Shown: positions 38,476-53,731, counted from the first letter of the stretch. The stretch: DNA of 64,000 bases from Eledone cirrhosa (GCA_964016885.1 OZ024743.1:217496001-217560000); one strand, 5' to 3'. The notes: generated by a model not told the origin, from the letters alone. Numbers and translations: made by a program.

Positions 38476-38715
38476 GAAGAAATGGAAGAAAGAGAAGCAA
38501 ACCGTTAAAATATAATTTATATGGAGCTCTTACACATGTTACGCCCAAGTTGGGCTCGTCGGAGGCTCAGAGGGAGGTAAAGGGTTTAATCAGGGTTCCT
38601 AATTAAACCCTTTACCTCCTTCTGAGCCTCCGATGACCCAACTTGGGCGTAACATGTGTAAGAGCTCCTTATAAATTTTATTTTAACGGTTTGCTTCTCT
38701 TTCTTCAATTTCTTC
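38476..38715. repeat. Near-perfect fold-back (about 115-bp arms) with degenerate HHR motifs
   Basis: Arms 38476-38590 and 38602-38715; the plus arm reads gagcct-CCGATGA-ccca-act-tggg-c-GTAA-catgtg-TA-agagctc. Confidence 0.85.
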
Positions 38716-38718
38716 AAG

Positions 38719-38750
<32 letters not shown>

Positions 38751-38785
38751 TTATTATTATGTAATAAACAACATAAGGCAATTAT

Positions 38786-38843
38786 TCCATTTACCAGTGG
38801 TTTCTTAAAAGCAAAAGGTTTTGCTTTCAATCCTCAGAATGAA
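38786..38843 (-). ncRNA. Type I hammerhead ribozyme
   Basis: Reverse complement of 38941-38998. Confidence 0.85.
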
Positions 38844-38940
38844 AAATCCTGGTTTGTTTATTGAATATGGATTCTAGTTTTTGAATATGGATTCTAGTTT
38901 TTGTTTTTAGAATCCATATTCAATAAACAAACCAGGATTT

Positions 38941-38998
38941 TTCATTCTGAGGATTGAAAGCAAAACCTTTTGCTTTTAAGAAACCACTGGTAAATGGA
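38941..38998 (+). ncRNA. Type I hammerhead ribozyme
   Basis: ttcatt-CTGAGGA-ttgaaagcaaa-acct-tttgcttttaa-GAAA-ccactgg-TA-aatgga; 6-bp helix I, 11-bp helix II, GUA cleavage triplet. Confidence 0.85.
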
Positions 38999-39095
38999 AT
39001 AATTGCCTTATGTTGTTTATTACATAATAATAATAATTAAGCTCTGTTGCTTACATAGAGCACTCTTTTTTCCTGGACTTTTCCGATGGAATTAC

Positions 39096-39132
<37 letters not shown>

Positions 39133-39135
39133 ACG

Positions 39136-39173
<38 letters not shown>

Positions 39174-39176
39174 CGT

Positions 39177-39212
<36 letters not shown>

Positions 39213-39564
39213 TGTACACGCGCATATATATATATGTGTGTATGTGTGTGCACGCATCCAACTTATATGCCGTTCATGTGGCCATGGCGATATTTGTAGA
39301 AGATTTCGCGTTTCGTATGCCTTGCTGCGTATATTTAGTCGTGCAAGGTATCAAGCTCCTTGAATTTAAATTATCAAATCAGAATAATACGTATTGATTT
39401 GTACGGTTTCACTAATGAGATTCATAGTTGGAAAATAAATCCGATTTCTACCGAAGGACATTTTTTATTAAATCCAAATCTTTTATATTTTCAATCTTAG
39501 CTCAGTAGTGAATGCATTTTCCCGCTACCCTAACAGTAATTTGTAGCACGGCTCTCAGATTCTC

Positions 39565-39610
<46 letters not shown>

Positions 39611-40612
39611 TATTTCTCAGAAAAACTTATAACAGCCACTATTGATAAAGAAAGTTATTTTTAACCAACTGACGTACACTTCTTGTTTATATATATATAT
39701 TGTCTGACCAAATACGCACCATTGTAATTTTTTCTCAATTGTTTTCCTCTCCTTCCTCATCTTACTGTTTAACTTTTATTTCATCTTTTACTTTCTATTC
39801 TATCTCTTGATGTCGGACTAGTATTTAAAAATTAAAAATTAAGACACTTTTCTAATTATTTCAAGCCTGAAACTCATATATCGCTTTGTTAATTCTGTTT
39901 GCTTTTCACATGCACACACACACACACACACGCACACACACACGCACACACGCACACACGCGCACACAGACAGAGACACACACACACACATGCACACAAA
40001 CACACACACACGCGCGCGCGCACACACACACAAACATATATAAATTCAAACAACACATTTGCGTCCGTGGTGTCTCTCGAAAAGCCAATGCGCAAAGAAG
40101 GTCGATTGGAATGTGTTTAAAATTTTCTTTGCCGACTAGCTCTATAAGTATAATAGCAACCAAATTTTCATCGCTGAAATTGACGATCGTTTCAATAGGT
40201 TTAGAGCAAATCACTTTTATTTGAAACTTGAGTCGAAAGTGCGATAGTACTCTAAGTGATACAACACTGCTACTTTATTAGCTCAATATGTCATTATCTC
40301 TTTCGTCCAAATATATATCAGCAGCCAGAATGAAAGGATTGCCAATTTCGTGGAACTTAACTCAGTTTCAAAGACCATAGATTTCATTACGGATTTCACA
40401 ATATTAATTCAATCACTGTCAAGAGATTAATATTGGAGTTTCAAGCATGTAAATGATCATTCATTGTAAAAGTAGAAAATATAAGTCATTGCAACAATTT
40501 CCTTTCCAAAATTAAGATATATCAAAACGACTTAATCAACAGTGTAACAGATTATTGACAATTTGGAATCCGTTGTTACTAACTTTGAATTTGGAAAGAC
40601 AAACGAAACTAT

Positions 40613-40698
<86 letters not shown>

Positions 40699-41562
40699 GT
40701 ATATATATATATATATATGTGTGTGTGCGTGTGTGCACGCGTGTGTGTGTATATGTGTGTGTGTGTGTATTTATATATATATAACTAAAAGAAAACGAAT
40801 CGAATATTATTATCAATATTGGAAAAACTCAGATTACATTTATATATATATATATTAATATATATATATATCATAGTTAAACGACCAATCAAAACAACAT
40901 AGACTGACCACCATATGAACGCGAATTAGAGTAACAAAGAGTAACAAAGCTCACCAACAGCATGATAAATGAACATATATATATTGGAGATTAAAAAATT
41001 GGGGTTTTCACCTGTTTCTTACCAAATGCGAAGAAGCTCGATATATTAACCACTTAGAAAAAGGCACAGAACATGATATTTTTAGTTATATAGAGAGTGC
41101 TGGGGGAATGGGAGGGAGGGGGGGGGGGGCATGCCCTCCTCTAATAATTATATTTTCTCCCCAAACTAACAAAACTCACATCTATTTGGAATATGCGTTA
41201 CAATTTATATACATGTTATCTTTATCGCATATCGAAGATTTCTGACAATTTTAGAGTTCAAAGAGATAACTTAATCCCTACTACTAATGTGTCCATTTGG
41301 CACCCCCTATCCAAAAATGCTTCCATCGCCCCCGGAGATGCAGAATAGTTATAGAGGTAGGTAAAATCGTGACTGCGGCGTTAAGCTGTTTCGACTTGTG
41401 TGTTCAGCATATTTTTCAACGCACAAGGCGAAATCTCGAGGTTGTAAGTCTTATAAAATTAATACTCGATGCATGTGGGATGGAGATTTGGTATATTTAG
41501 GAAGAAAATAGTCGACAGTAAATTCCTATCGTTTCTACTCGCGATCTTACTCGCACACTCTC

Positions 41563-41628
<66 letters not shown>

Positions 41629-41636
41629 TATATATG

Positions 41637-41668
<32 letters not shown>

Positions 41669-41804
41669 GAGAGAGAAGGGAGAGAGGTGGTAAATACCGA
41701 CCGCGGTGCCATACATTGTGTACTTCCATGATTGCTCGTGTCCCGAGTCTCAACACTGCAGACTCTCTCTTTCAATTTCTCTCTTTCTTTCTCCCTCTCT
41801 CTCT

Positions 41805-41869
<65 letters not shown>

Positions 41870-42169
41870 TACACACATATAAGACGGCGATGAAGTGTTG
41901 AAACGATAGACAAAAAATATAAATATTCTTTTTGGTCCACAAAACAGTAGAATCAAAAGAAATAAACTCAAAATATATAATTAGTGTTTATTCATTTCCA
42001 TGAAGCTGATACATCACAAAGTACTTAGATGTCCGTTGAAGAAACGGAAACTTGGTGTAGCAAGAAAGTGATGTTTTGCCTTTGAAAATATTCAAGTACG
42101 TGTTTGTATGTTTTTGAGTGTGTATATTTTTGCGTGATTTGTATATATCTTCCTCCACAAATATATTTA

Positions 42170-44085
42170 TGATGGACGCCCACGTCGACTTCCACCTATG
42201 CCGGTTCAACAGTGTTCTCAGTTCATTTTATATAGTTACAGTGCAGCTTCTGATTTACACATCAAGCCGCATTTAGTGCAAATGCTCACGAACCTGGACA
42301 AGGTGTTTGTATCTTCATGGCAGAGAATGCATTTCCTTCACAGATTTAAAAGTTTGTACATCAGCTTGTCTTTATATTTGAGCAGTGTTGTGTATATTCC
42401 ATGAACCATCATGTAGATGGCTGTATAACAGTACATTGGTTGTGCGGTCCTCAGTTTTCCGTAGGACATGATCAGTCCATCTAAGTTGGGATTATATTAG
42501 AAATGACTCAATCTTACCGATGTTACACTTCGTGAACGGATGAGCATTGGAGACTGTGATAAAATGCTTAACCACAGATAGAGCGAGGACAGAATTTGTA
42601 AAAGAAAACATAAAGTCTTTATCATTCCGAACCATATAAGAGTTTGTTTTGTCACTACTACTGCACGATATACTTCGGACACCCCGTAGGGGATGATGTA
42701 GTTTTCCAGACCACCAGTTGCTTTGAAGAGGAGATTGACAATCACATCATCCAGGAATGCAGAGTAGTTTACCTTGTTGTCATTGTCAGTAAAAAGAGTT
42801 CACATGCCTCAGATCCTTGCCATCAACACCGAAGGAAACAAGCGTATGTCCGTGACCAAGCTATCGTTGCTGATCTCCTCGACCTGTAATTGTCTTTATA
42901 CTATGAATTATAGGCAAGCGAGAAGCGGTTCATCAATTCTTATGTATGTTGCAACAAGTGCAGGATCACCAGCAAACAGTGAATCCCGAATAAGACTTGT
43001 CTACATGTTTTAGCCTCAAAACAATAATGGTTGAGTAGATAATCTGATGTGTGGTATTCAAATCAGACACTAGTGTCGAAGTCATCATATACATATTGGA
43101 ACAATACAGAGAAAAACAAAGCAACGAGATCAAAATCCTGACACACACCTGCTTCGTACCTTTTGAAACACCAAAGTGTTCAGATCATTTGCTATTTGAT
43201 ATGCCTGAAGGTTTCATGTCCTCATGAAAAGATATGATGCCATTCAGCATAATGTTAGGTAAGCTACACATTCTGAGGATTTTCAAGAGAGCTTTTCAAT
43301 TGACAGTTTGAAAGGTTTTGGTCAAGTCAAAATAAAATTATAAACAGCCCATTGTTCTTTTCGCGAACCTGCTCTGCAGGCTGGCGAATGGAGAAATCAT
43401 GTCAATAGTACCCCTAGCAGTGCTGAAACCATATGGATTTTGAGAAGAGATATCAACAAGTCTAAATGTAATTCTGTTGGGAATGACACGGGCAATACCT
43501 CTTAAGCAATACATAGAATGGAGATATCACGAGAGATGTCACAGACTGATCTTTTACGTTTGTTTTTGGACTTTCAACAGATGGATTCATCTCTGAAATC
43601 TTAGGAGACACCTTTTACCTTTCAGATTTCAAGAAATCACCGAGGAAGCTTACGAACTAGATTTATTCTCCATATACGAACATTTTAGGTGGGATGCCAT
43701 CTTTACCAGAAGCTTTATTCAGTGAAATTTGCTTGATGGCTGTTTATACTTCTGTTAACTTTGATTGAATGTTAATATGGGTATCTCTGGCTTTTGTGGA
43801 ATATATGATATGACAGCGTCATCTACGTTTGATTCCAAATTACGGAGCTTCTCAAAGTGTTCCTCCCTGCGAGAGAGTATCTCATCTTTATCTGTGTATA
43901 TGTTTCTACCATCAGAAGATAAGACTGGAATCGACCTACTCACCATCTGACCATACACCAGATTCAGACCATTATATAAGTCCCTTGAGTCCTTTTTGTA
44001 TTAGCAGATTCTTGTAGTTCAGTTGCTTTAGCTGCCCACCAGACATTCTTCATCTTCGTAATTGAGGCCTGTACCTGATACTTAC
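42170..44085 (-). mobile_element. Degenerate RTE/BovB-like LINE (RT region)
   Basis: Minus-strand remnants SSDGRNIYTDKDEILSR..EHF, ASGKDGIP, GFSTARGTIDMI, FDLTK.F.TVN and EVYRAVVV; multiple stops. Confidence 0.75.
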
Positions 44086-45749
44086 GCTATATATGTATAT
44101 ATATATAACCATTAATTATGGGTAGGTGGTGTGACTTGTTACTCTGGAGTTTCATCTGCGCACTCAAAGGTTCACCAGCCAAGCTGTTCCTCAACACGGA
44201 TATATATATATATATATATATATTACTCCGAGAAGTAATACTCGTTGTGTTCTTATAAGGACGCATGTGGGGTTTTCCGCTAACTTCCTACCTCATTTGG
44301 GGTACAGTAGGAGTACAGAAAATTGATATCCAAGTCTCTTGGCAGACACTGGTAAACAGAGCATGCCAATTCTAGCCAGTGATATGCCTAAAACAAACCG
44401 TCCGAATTCCTCTGTGCTGTTTACTGGACAAGCTCACTGAAAATGCGTGCCAATTCCGGATTGTTCAACAACTGCATTTTAGAATATACACTTATTTACT
44501 TAACATAAAATAATAGTGTGCCATAGGTGAAACCAGCATTGGTTCGGTTATTTATCAATATCGTTTCAAATTTTTTGTTTTGTTAATTGATTTATTAATT
44601 GAATAGTTGTATTAATTTTATTGATAACCCTAATTGATTTATTTTAATATTGCCACCACACTATTAAATCTGTATGAGTGTACTATGTTTCTGCAATTTT
44701 TTTTCAGTTAATATTGAGTAAGATCCTGTGTGTCACGTGCTAACACTGCCATTGATGAACAAAGCATCTGTATTCAGGGTTTGCCACCAGATTAATCATT
44801 TTTCAATCTAACGTCTATATTAAACTTTAACAAACAACGACGAAAATCTTCATATTTAATGACATTTGGCTATTTCAAATTGCTTTTATAATTTTGAACA
44901 AAATAAAATTAATTAAAAGCTAGGAATTAATACACCCTTCCACTCCGATGTAAATTTGATAAACTAATTCTTCTTTTACGATTTTAAATGCAATCTGATG
45001 AGTTTTAATAGGCAAGATACGGTGCAGCCTTGCACATACACGTATATGGTCGCACGCTTTCCAGCAAAATTAATTTCAATAGAAGATACTTCGCAATATA
45101 TCTTTGGACTATGATCTCAAAATTCCACAAAAACAGCATCTTTGCGTTTTATATATAGTTGGCCTTGGGTGAGGGAATTTAAACCCAGAAGCCGGAAGTA
45201 ATTTTCCCGATGATATACTACTCCATTAATTTGCTTTCTTCCTTCTAGCTTTCGTAAAAGGAAGCATCGAATAAAACCATGTTTTAATTACACGCATTTT
45301 GTGGCGTTCAATATATATATATATATATATAAAATAGTTTTGTGTATGTCTATGTGCGTAGGTGTCAGTGTTTCTCTTTTAAATGTCAGAAATCTGATTG
45401 CTGCAAACATTCAGAAATATCAACATGTTTCGTAGTTTTAGTTTACTTCCATATTTATATATTCGTGTTTTTGCTTTACATTGTTTCCGGTGATGCTGGA
45501 AACATTAATTTACAGACTACGTTGTCAAATATGTTCTCTCGCATTTTCATTCGCTAGAATGTAATTTGAGAAGGATTTTGGCTGCTATTATTGGCATCTC
45601 GTACAACTGCGTCGATTCCATCTTCATTACATGTTACTTGATTTTATTTTGTCAGGTTGAACAGTAGATTATGTATGAATTATTTTTCTTGGTGTTTTTT
45701 TGTACTCATAGTTCGACCGTGATCTTTAGACAAATTATCTGAAGATTTC

Positions 45750-46380
45750 ACGTCGTAAACAGCCAGTTCATTTTCTTTACACACACACAATATTTTTTAA
45801 TCCACATTAGTAATTTCCTAAGAGAGTGGGGTGATACATATGGCCATCTTTGCTGTTCTTTCTGCCAGGTAGAGAGCTTTTTAAAGTAGTGTGTCTTATT
45901 CTTCGTCCATTTATTCCTAAGTGAGTAATGGAGGCAGTCATCAAACACCCCTTCCAGCGGGTCCTGGCAGCAGAACCCGTTTCCAACTGATCCGGCTGGA
46001 TCTCTATGTGAGGGCGTCCAAGCACATGGATGTTATCCAAACATCTTGCTCGGGGTCTAACCCTGGGTCTCCTGTCGGTTGAGTTGAGACATTCTAACCA
46101 CATGCCCATAGTATCGGAGGTGCGATATCTCAATTCGGAGAAGTAGCGTCTCTACCTGGAGAGACTCCCTGATCTCCGAACTATGCGCTCTATCGAGTAT
46201 CGTTACTCGAGTATCGACTGCTTGTATTCGCGATCGTATATTTTCGGTAATTATCTAAGATACGAAAGGGTTGGCATTAATAGCGAATTAAAGATAGCGT
46301 GTTTTGATTTTCACCTATCTCTCTTACTGAATGCTGAATTTGGTGCATTACTGCACCAGCTCCAGCATTTCTGCATTTGA
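45750..46380 (-). mobile_element. RTE-clade (Rex3/Expander-like) LINE 3' fragments
   Basis: LRYYGH..RM-like and RPRARCLDNI motifs; similar to 63375-63930. Confidence 0.7.
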
Positions 46381-47446
46381 TTGAACCTCCTAGGTCACTG
46401 AATATTCTAATAATGCATTCTAGATATGAACTCAATTTTAACACAGAACGAAATGAATGGCTTAGGTAATCCCACATTGGTTTGTGAAGCGTTTACAACA
46501 ACATCACAACAATTTGTTTCTTTTCTCGTTTGTTATATGCTTTCAGTATTTGCAGACGATTGTAAAAGGAAAATACAAGAAATATACAAAATTTGTTATA
46601 GCGTGTATAAACGAGAACATCTTTAGAAAACTAATTCATTCTGTCTCTTGAATAGAAAGTAGTTATATAAAACTCATGCTGTAATTAACACAAGATAGAT
46701 AATGGTCTTTGATTAATAGTTTGGTACGTATAATTTACTGAACATTGAATACTTTGTATAATTATAGGTTAGATACATCTTAATTAATAACGTTCTTCTT
46801 TGAAAAATCGTGTGATTAAAAAAAACACTTAGCAGCTCAACTTTTAGATTATCTACATTCTTATTGATATCGTTGTAGCTGCTGCCCTTGTCGTTTTTAT
46901 TGTTTTTGGTGGTCGTCGGATTATTGTAGTGGCATTTGCGAGTGCTGTTGTTGTTGCTTTTGTTAGGTTGAGCGAATAAAATGCTTTCCAATATTTGCTT
47001 CGGCACTTTACCTCAAATGAAGTGAAAATAAAGTGAACTTTCATCTATCTAGGGTCTATAAAACAGTATACTAGTCACCACACGGCAAGTGTGAGAATGA
47101 GTTTCATTCGGGACGCTAATAGTCAATAATAATGCGTTGAAGGTGTTAACTTCAAGAAAAGAATATACCGTACAGTTGAAATGCATATTTTGTTCAACGC
47201 TTCTAGAATTACAATTGCTTATTTACCTACAGACTGATAGATACGGCTAAAGTAACGGGACAAATTTCAGCCTGCTTTAGTGTAACTGAGGAAGCGCCTA
47301 TCCGACATTCGGCAGATATGAATTCGAGTCTCATTGTCGACGCTGTCCTCATTTTTTCACCACAAGCTTATAAGCCAAACATATTAGATTATTTGTCAAG
47401 GTCAATAAACCTACCATAAAGCTGACAAATGAAAAATAGGTAAAAT

Positions 47447-47510
<64 letters not shown>

Positions 47511-47518
47511 AATATATA

Positions 47519-47608
<90 letters not shown>

Positions 47609-47641
47609 TATACATATATACATTAACACACACACATACGG

Positions 47642-47719
<78 letters not shown>

Positions 47720-47720
<1 letters not shown>

Positions 47721-48072
47721 AAAGGTAAACAGAAATAACAACACAATCGGTACAGTATAGTATTTGGAAAGGATATATTAGGTTAACGGTTGATATCGCA
47801 GGAAGAGAGTCTTAACGTTTCGGACGATAGTCCTTCATCAGAAGAAAGAATGAGAAATAAGATAGATTGAGGGGACGGGTGGGTATTTATTGGAAAAAAT
47901 GTCTTTAGATAAAAATAACAGGTCCATTCATGTTGACATCTCTTGCAAAACTGCTGCTGCTGGCGTTTTGTGTATGATTTATTTTTTAGAAAAGTGGATG
48001 ATGGAACGCATCTACCTGAAATGGAAAAAAAAACCGTTTACAAAAAGAGCTATACTTGTGCTCGTACGTAAG

Positions 48073-48157
<85 letters not shown>

Positions 48158-49045
48158 GTGTGTGTTATTATACGTCCGTACGAAGCTATGAAGAAATGTG
48201 TGTGTATATGTGAGTAAAAGAGTGTGTGTGCATGTAAGTACGAACCCATGAGAAAAGTATGTTAATATAAGGGCAAGGTGGAGTAAGCTTATATAGTCGG
48301 CCCGTATTAGTTGTAAGAGAAGATGTTAATGATCAAGAGAAAGCGATAGGTGTGATAACGGACGGGGTATTAGAGAAATTGGGGAGATGAGTTGAATCCA
48401 TGAGGGGAGAGCCTGTAGGAGTGGTGAGGGTGAAAATGAACGGACAAGTGTTGCAGTGGGAACGGGAACATGGATGAGAGCCGGGTCGAGTCGTGGGAGA
48501 GGACGAGAAGTAACTGCGAACCAGGAGGTCGCGGAAGTTGCGGGCGTGCTTAAAAGTAGTAATGGGTTGGTTTGGAAAAAAGCGAGAAGCGACGGGCTCA
48601 GAAGAGAGGATGCGGAAGGAACAGGGGATATGTCGCCAGAGTGGTAGGGTGATGGGGTTGTAGGTGATAGAGAACGCGGGTGTTGGGAGAGCGGGGTGAT
48701 AGGGCTGTGGTGTGGTCTGTTTCACGGGCGCGGGTGAGAGCAGCTTGGATCAGGGTGGGGGGATATCCACGCTGGATGAAGCAGGAAACCATGCGAAGGG
48801 AATGGGTTTCGAAATCGTCGTCCTGGCTACAGAGCCGATGAAGACGGAAGGATTAGGAATAGCGTATGGCGTGCCTGGTGTCGGTTGGATGGGAGGAGGT
48901 GAAGTCGACGTAAGATTGAGAGTCTGTTGGTTTAATGAAGATGGAAGTAGAGAGGGTGTGGTGAGAGGGATTAATAGATAGAAGATATCTAGAAAAGTGA
49001 CAGAAGAATCGGAGACGGAGGTTGTGAAATTGAGAGCGGGACATA
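47720..49045 (-). mobile_element. Penelope-like element remnant (RT thumb, Cys-rich linker, HHR tail)
   Basis: STSIFIKPTDSQSYVDFTSSHP..AIRYS, LRLHRLCS..DF, FIQRGYP, NFRDLLVRS..GSHPCSRSHCNTCPFI. Confidence 0.85.
47810..47845 (-). ncRNA. Minimal hammerhead ribozyme motif in PLE tail
   Basis: Minus: tctt-CTGATGA-a-GGAC-tatc-GTCC-GAAA-cg-TT-aaga; helix III is the palindrome AACGTT. Confidence 0.8.
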
Positions 49046-49070
49046 CCTATATAGATATATACATATAGAC

Positions 49071-49120
<50 letters not shown>

Positions 49121-52100
49121 TGTTTGTGTGTGTGTGTGTGTGGGTGTGGGTGTGCAAGGGTGTGTGAATGCAGAGTAACCCTTTTCATATGGCACGTTTT
49201 CCATTGGAAACATAGCCCCCCCCCCTGGACAACAATAGAGGGTTAATATTATTACTTTTTTTATTTGAAAATACGTTTTCATCAGAAAATATGTTACATA
49301 TTGTTGTTTATGTTGTTATCATTACTATTCATTGAACTAAAAGGTTAATATACTCGCGAAATTAATCAATCAATCCATCTCCATTACAACGATAGCGGTG
49401 AAATATTTGTCTAATTAGTATTGGTTTAAAGACTTGTAACCATTAATCAAAATCTTCATCGGTATGGGTGTATATGAATGTGTGTAGATGTGTGTGTAGC
49501 AGGGAGGTTGCAGATTAAAATCGTTGCCTAATCAATTGTTGTCGTTTCTTTTAATTTATTTTCAGATTTTATGATTAATTTTTGCACCATTGTTTTCGTT
49601 TTTCTTTGCAAGAGAAAATCATTTGAAATCCTTCTTTTTTCTTTTTCGTAATTTTACGTTTTTATTTGTAATTTATCGTTTATTTTTCATATTTTCGTTT
49701 GCTTTGTTGTATTCTCATTGCATCGAATCAATTTGCTAGCAGCTTTCATCTTCAAGACAAATAGCATTTCATTTCTTAAGAAAGAGAGTTGTGTTTGTTC
49801 CGTAAATATGGAATAGCTATCATGTATTATATTAACCCCGAATAAGGTTACTGCAGTTAGCGTATACAACAGATTGGAATAAAGAGATTTTCAATGTGAT
49901 GTTATTTATAAATTTAACTACTTCTTTATTTATTGCAAATTTACTTGTTTTATTTTCTGACTTCATTTCTTCTACGTACAAACATGGCGTATACTGGACA
50001 CGGTGACCAACATCTTAACAGGAAACTTAATGCGTTGCTAATAAGATGCTGTATTAAATATTTAGGAACGTTATCTAATCGCACAACATATGGTAATGTC
50101 TTATATTCTAAAAATTTTAATTTATATGAGTTTGCCTAATTAAGTTACATATATTTAATGACATAAATGTATATCAATTGTTAATTGAACATATGTGTTA
50201 ATGTGTTGATGCCTTTGCCAAATAGATGTAATTACGATGCTCTCCTACAAATACGTAACTTTAATTCATTCAAAAAATGTTCGATCCTAAACTCATGTAA
50301 ATGTGTATGTATTTGTTTCTGACTTTCATAGATAAAGTAGATATTGAACCGTGGAATATGGGTGTTCCTATGGAAATGTTTCTTAGAAGATTCCCTCATT
50401 AAGCCTTAGGGTTTTTCCGATCATATATATTCGTAACATGTATATAGTGTGTGTGCGCTTTGTACACCCACTTAGTACTGACAGTCATAAGAATGAGTGC
50501 CCATTTTTATCGCTACCATATCTCAGAAAAAGATGGATATATTCGATAATTTATCTGCTCAATGACAGATGACCTAGAGTAAATATTAAACAATAACCCT
50601 TCTTGTATATAAGAGTCTAAAAATATGTGCATTTGGATGAATTGGAACTCAAAACATCTTCTTAATTGTTCGCTGTAATAACCATATTATATATTTAAAG
50701 AAATATATTTCACCTACTAATAACTTTATATGGTAATGTATCGAATCTGAAAAATATTTGGCTGCTGCTAAAGCTGCAAGCATTGCTACAATTGCTGCTG
50801 CTGCTGCTGCTGTTGCTGTTGGTGTCAGCAGCTATGTTGACGATAATAGTGAGAAGTTGTGATTGCGTTTCTGGTGGTAGCACTAGTTTTAATCTTGACT
50901 TAAATATGAAATTGGTATAATGGGCAGATTAGATATCAAATATAACAAAAGAGCGATGCAAAATTGTGATCGACTGCACGGTAATAATATTAAAAATATT
51001 TTCTAACATAAGCACAAGGCTAGAAATTTAGTGGGATGAGGATGATAAACACAGAACTTGAATCTTACGCTATTGTATCAACGAAGGAAGGATGAAAGGC
51101 AAACCTGACCAAGTTGAGTTTGGAATTTGACCGTGAAGAGCAAGAATACATTCTTTAATGCATTTATCTATTCCTCTAACGATTATATCAATCCAAAAAC
51201 ACGTCAATAAAAATAATAATTTCTCACATATGTAAAGTTATGTGAGAGGCGTAGCAGATTTTAACAAATCAAGTACTTAACAGTTATTTCATTTGATCAT
51301 GCCGGAATGATGAATTCAAAATTTGTCATGGATAAAATTCCGCAAATAAATAGTTGGTACAAATACTACAAACCATTTTGCATAAAGCCAACAATTTGAG
51401 AGCAAGCGAAATTCGAATAAGTCGATCCCAGTACTTGATTGGAATTTTCTTGTATCGAGTACGCCCAAAATAGATTAAATGCAAATAATGACAATATATT
51501 TTAATCTGATAATCTACACTATCAAAGCATAAGTATGCAGAAACGACGTCAAACGAACATTGCAGCAACAGGCTCTGAAGTAAATTACATTAATTTAAAC
51601 TTGGGTTTATAAAGAAGGAGACTGAATTGTTTGTAAAACGAAAACATTATTTTCACCCAGTTCTTTCCCTGACAGGGGAAAAGAGGTGATGAATTCGTGA
51701 AGTTCTAATATGATGACCAATGATAATATCATCGATGCAAGGCATCTGATTATATATGAAAGAGAAAAAATGTTTTTCGTTAATCTCGCAATAGAAATGA
51801 GAGGTGTTATAGTAGAAATTCTTCCATAATAATGTAAAACAAAGACGGCTCACTGAGTGCTCACTGAACAGAACTGGTTGTACATTTCCTTTGGATAAGC
51901 TTAATATCAATTGTTTAGAGTTCATTGATCAAAATACCCCTATTTTACATGGGTGAATAATATCATCGAATAGGATGAAATACAGAGGTTTCCCCTTCGT
52001 AAGAGAAACGAGGGAAACATTGAATTTTGGATTAAGCTCAGATATATTCCTTCAGGTTTTTACAAGGTTTCACTACCTGCAATACCAAAAGAGAATATTT

Positions 52101-52272
52101 GCAAATATATAATATATATATGTCAAAACCACCACGCAAGAATTCGTGTCACCGCCGCTTACATCGCTAAGAAATGTAACAGTGTATAATTACAAAAATG
52201 AAGTTACATATATATAAACAGAATTTCAATAAATATAATACACACGCACACACACACGCACGCACACACGCA

Positions 52273-52369
<97 letters not shown>

Positions 52370-52669
52370 GTATATATATGTATATATATGTTTGTATGTA
52401 TGTATATACATATAAATATATGTGTGTATTTATGTATATATATATATACATATAAAGAGAGCGAGAGAGAAAGAGAGAGAGAGACGGGGGGAGAGCAAGA
52501 GAGTGAGTGAGAGAGTGGTGTGGGAAAAAGAGGGAGGCATTTTTTGTTTTGAAATATATTCTTAAAAGTTACATGTTTCTTCTATTTTGTTTTCTGTTTC
52601 TTCAAACTTAAGCCTGTAAAGAAACAGGAACAAACTCTTGCAATCAAACAAGTAGGAGAAAATTTAAAG

Positions 52670-52797
52670 AGAAGAAGAAGAAGAAGAAGAAGAAGAAGAA
52701 GAAGAAGAAGAAGAAGAAGAAGAAGAAGAAGAAGAAGAAGAAGAAGAAGAAGAAGAAGAAGAAGAAGAAGAAGAAGAAGAAGAAGAAGAAGAAGAAG
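52670..52797. repeat. (AAG)n microsatellite, about 42 units
   Basis: Directly visible. Confidence 0.95.
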
Positions 52798-53731
52798 GTG
52801 GTATTTGAATAGTGGGATTTTCCACATGAATCCAAACGAAGAGTAAAGAAGGCAAAGGAAGTTCTTTACGTATAAAAGAACACACTTCTCCAAAAACAAC
52901 AACAACTATTTAAATAAAGCAACCGAAATAATTGCCATATTCCACAGTCTCCGGCAGCTTACATTGTTCATTGGTGGGGAAAATATAAAAAGAAAATAAG
53001 AAAAAAATGAAAGCATGCAACGGTGAAAATATCCTTTGAAGAGCTAAATTCGCTTGTATTTTCTGGTTATTTTTATAGATTTTTAGGTGTTGATTTTCCT
53101 TCATGATTTAGTTGTTGTTTTTAATTTTTTGTAACATTTATATATTTTTTTTATATTGTGTAACATTTGTTTTTTTTTTCACTCTCCACCTATCTATGTA
53201 ATGAATGGTCTCTATTTCATTTTGTCTTTGTTTCCACACACTCACCAAGACACACAAACAGAACACACTGCATATGTGTAGATACAGATATATTTCTATA
53301 GCTAAAAGATCACACACAACTACATATAAAAATTCAGAATAACACACATACGCACATACGGATAAAGATATATGTGTATGCATATGTCAGTGTGTGTACG
53401 CGCGTATGCGTGCGTGTGTGTGAATATCTATGTCCATGTATGTATGTAAGTATGTAAGTATGTATGTATTTATATATATATGGGTCTGTCTTTATACATT
53501 TCGCTTCATTAAACTCATGATTCTGTATTTATTCCTCATATGACAATATGCGTTCGTGTATACACGTATACAAATAACTAGGCCTAGCTACCCACTTCTC
53601 TCTTTAGCTTTCTAACACTCTTTCTCTATTTTTAAAATTCTGTTATGCATGTGTAAGTATGTGTGTATATTTTTGAATGTGAACAATATATATATATATA
53701 TATATATACAGATAAATCTACCACTCAATGG

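Larger units (their letters stand above)
38745..39040. repeat. Perfect fold-back (about 130-bp arms) carrying two intact HHR motifs
   Basis: Arms are reverse complements; the centre contains a 20-bp direct duplication (ttgaatatggattctagttt, 38861-38900). Confidence 0.9.

Noticed and set aside
44140-44190. Possible hammerhead on the minus strand (CTGGTGA...GAAAC-TC)
   Set aside because: The core is mutated and helices I and II do not pair convincingly.
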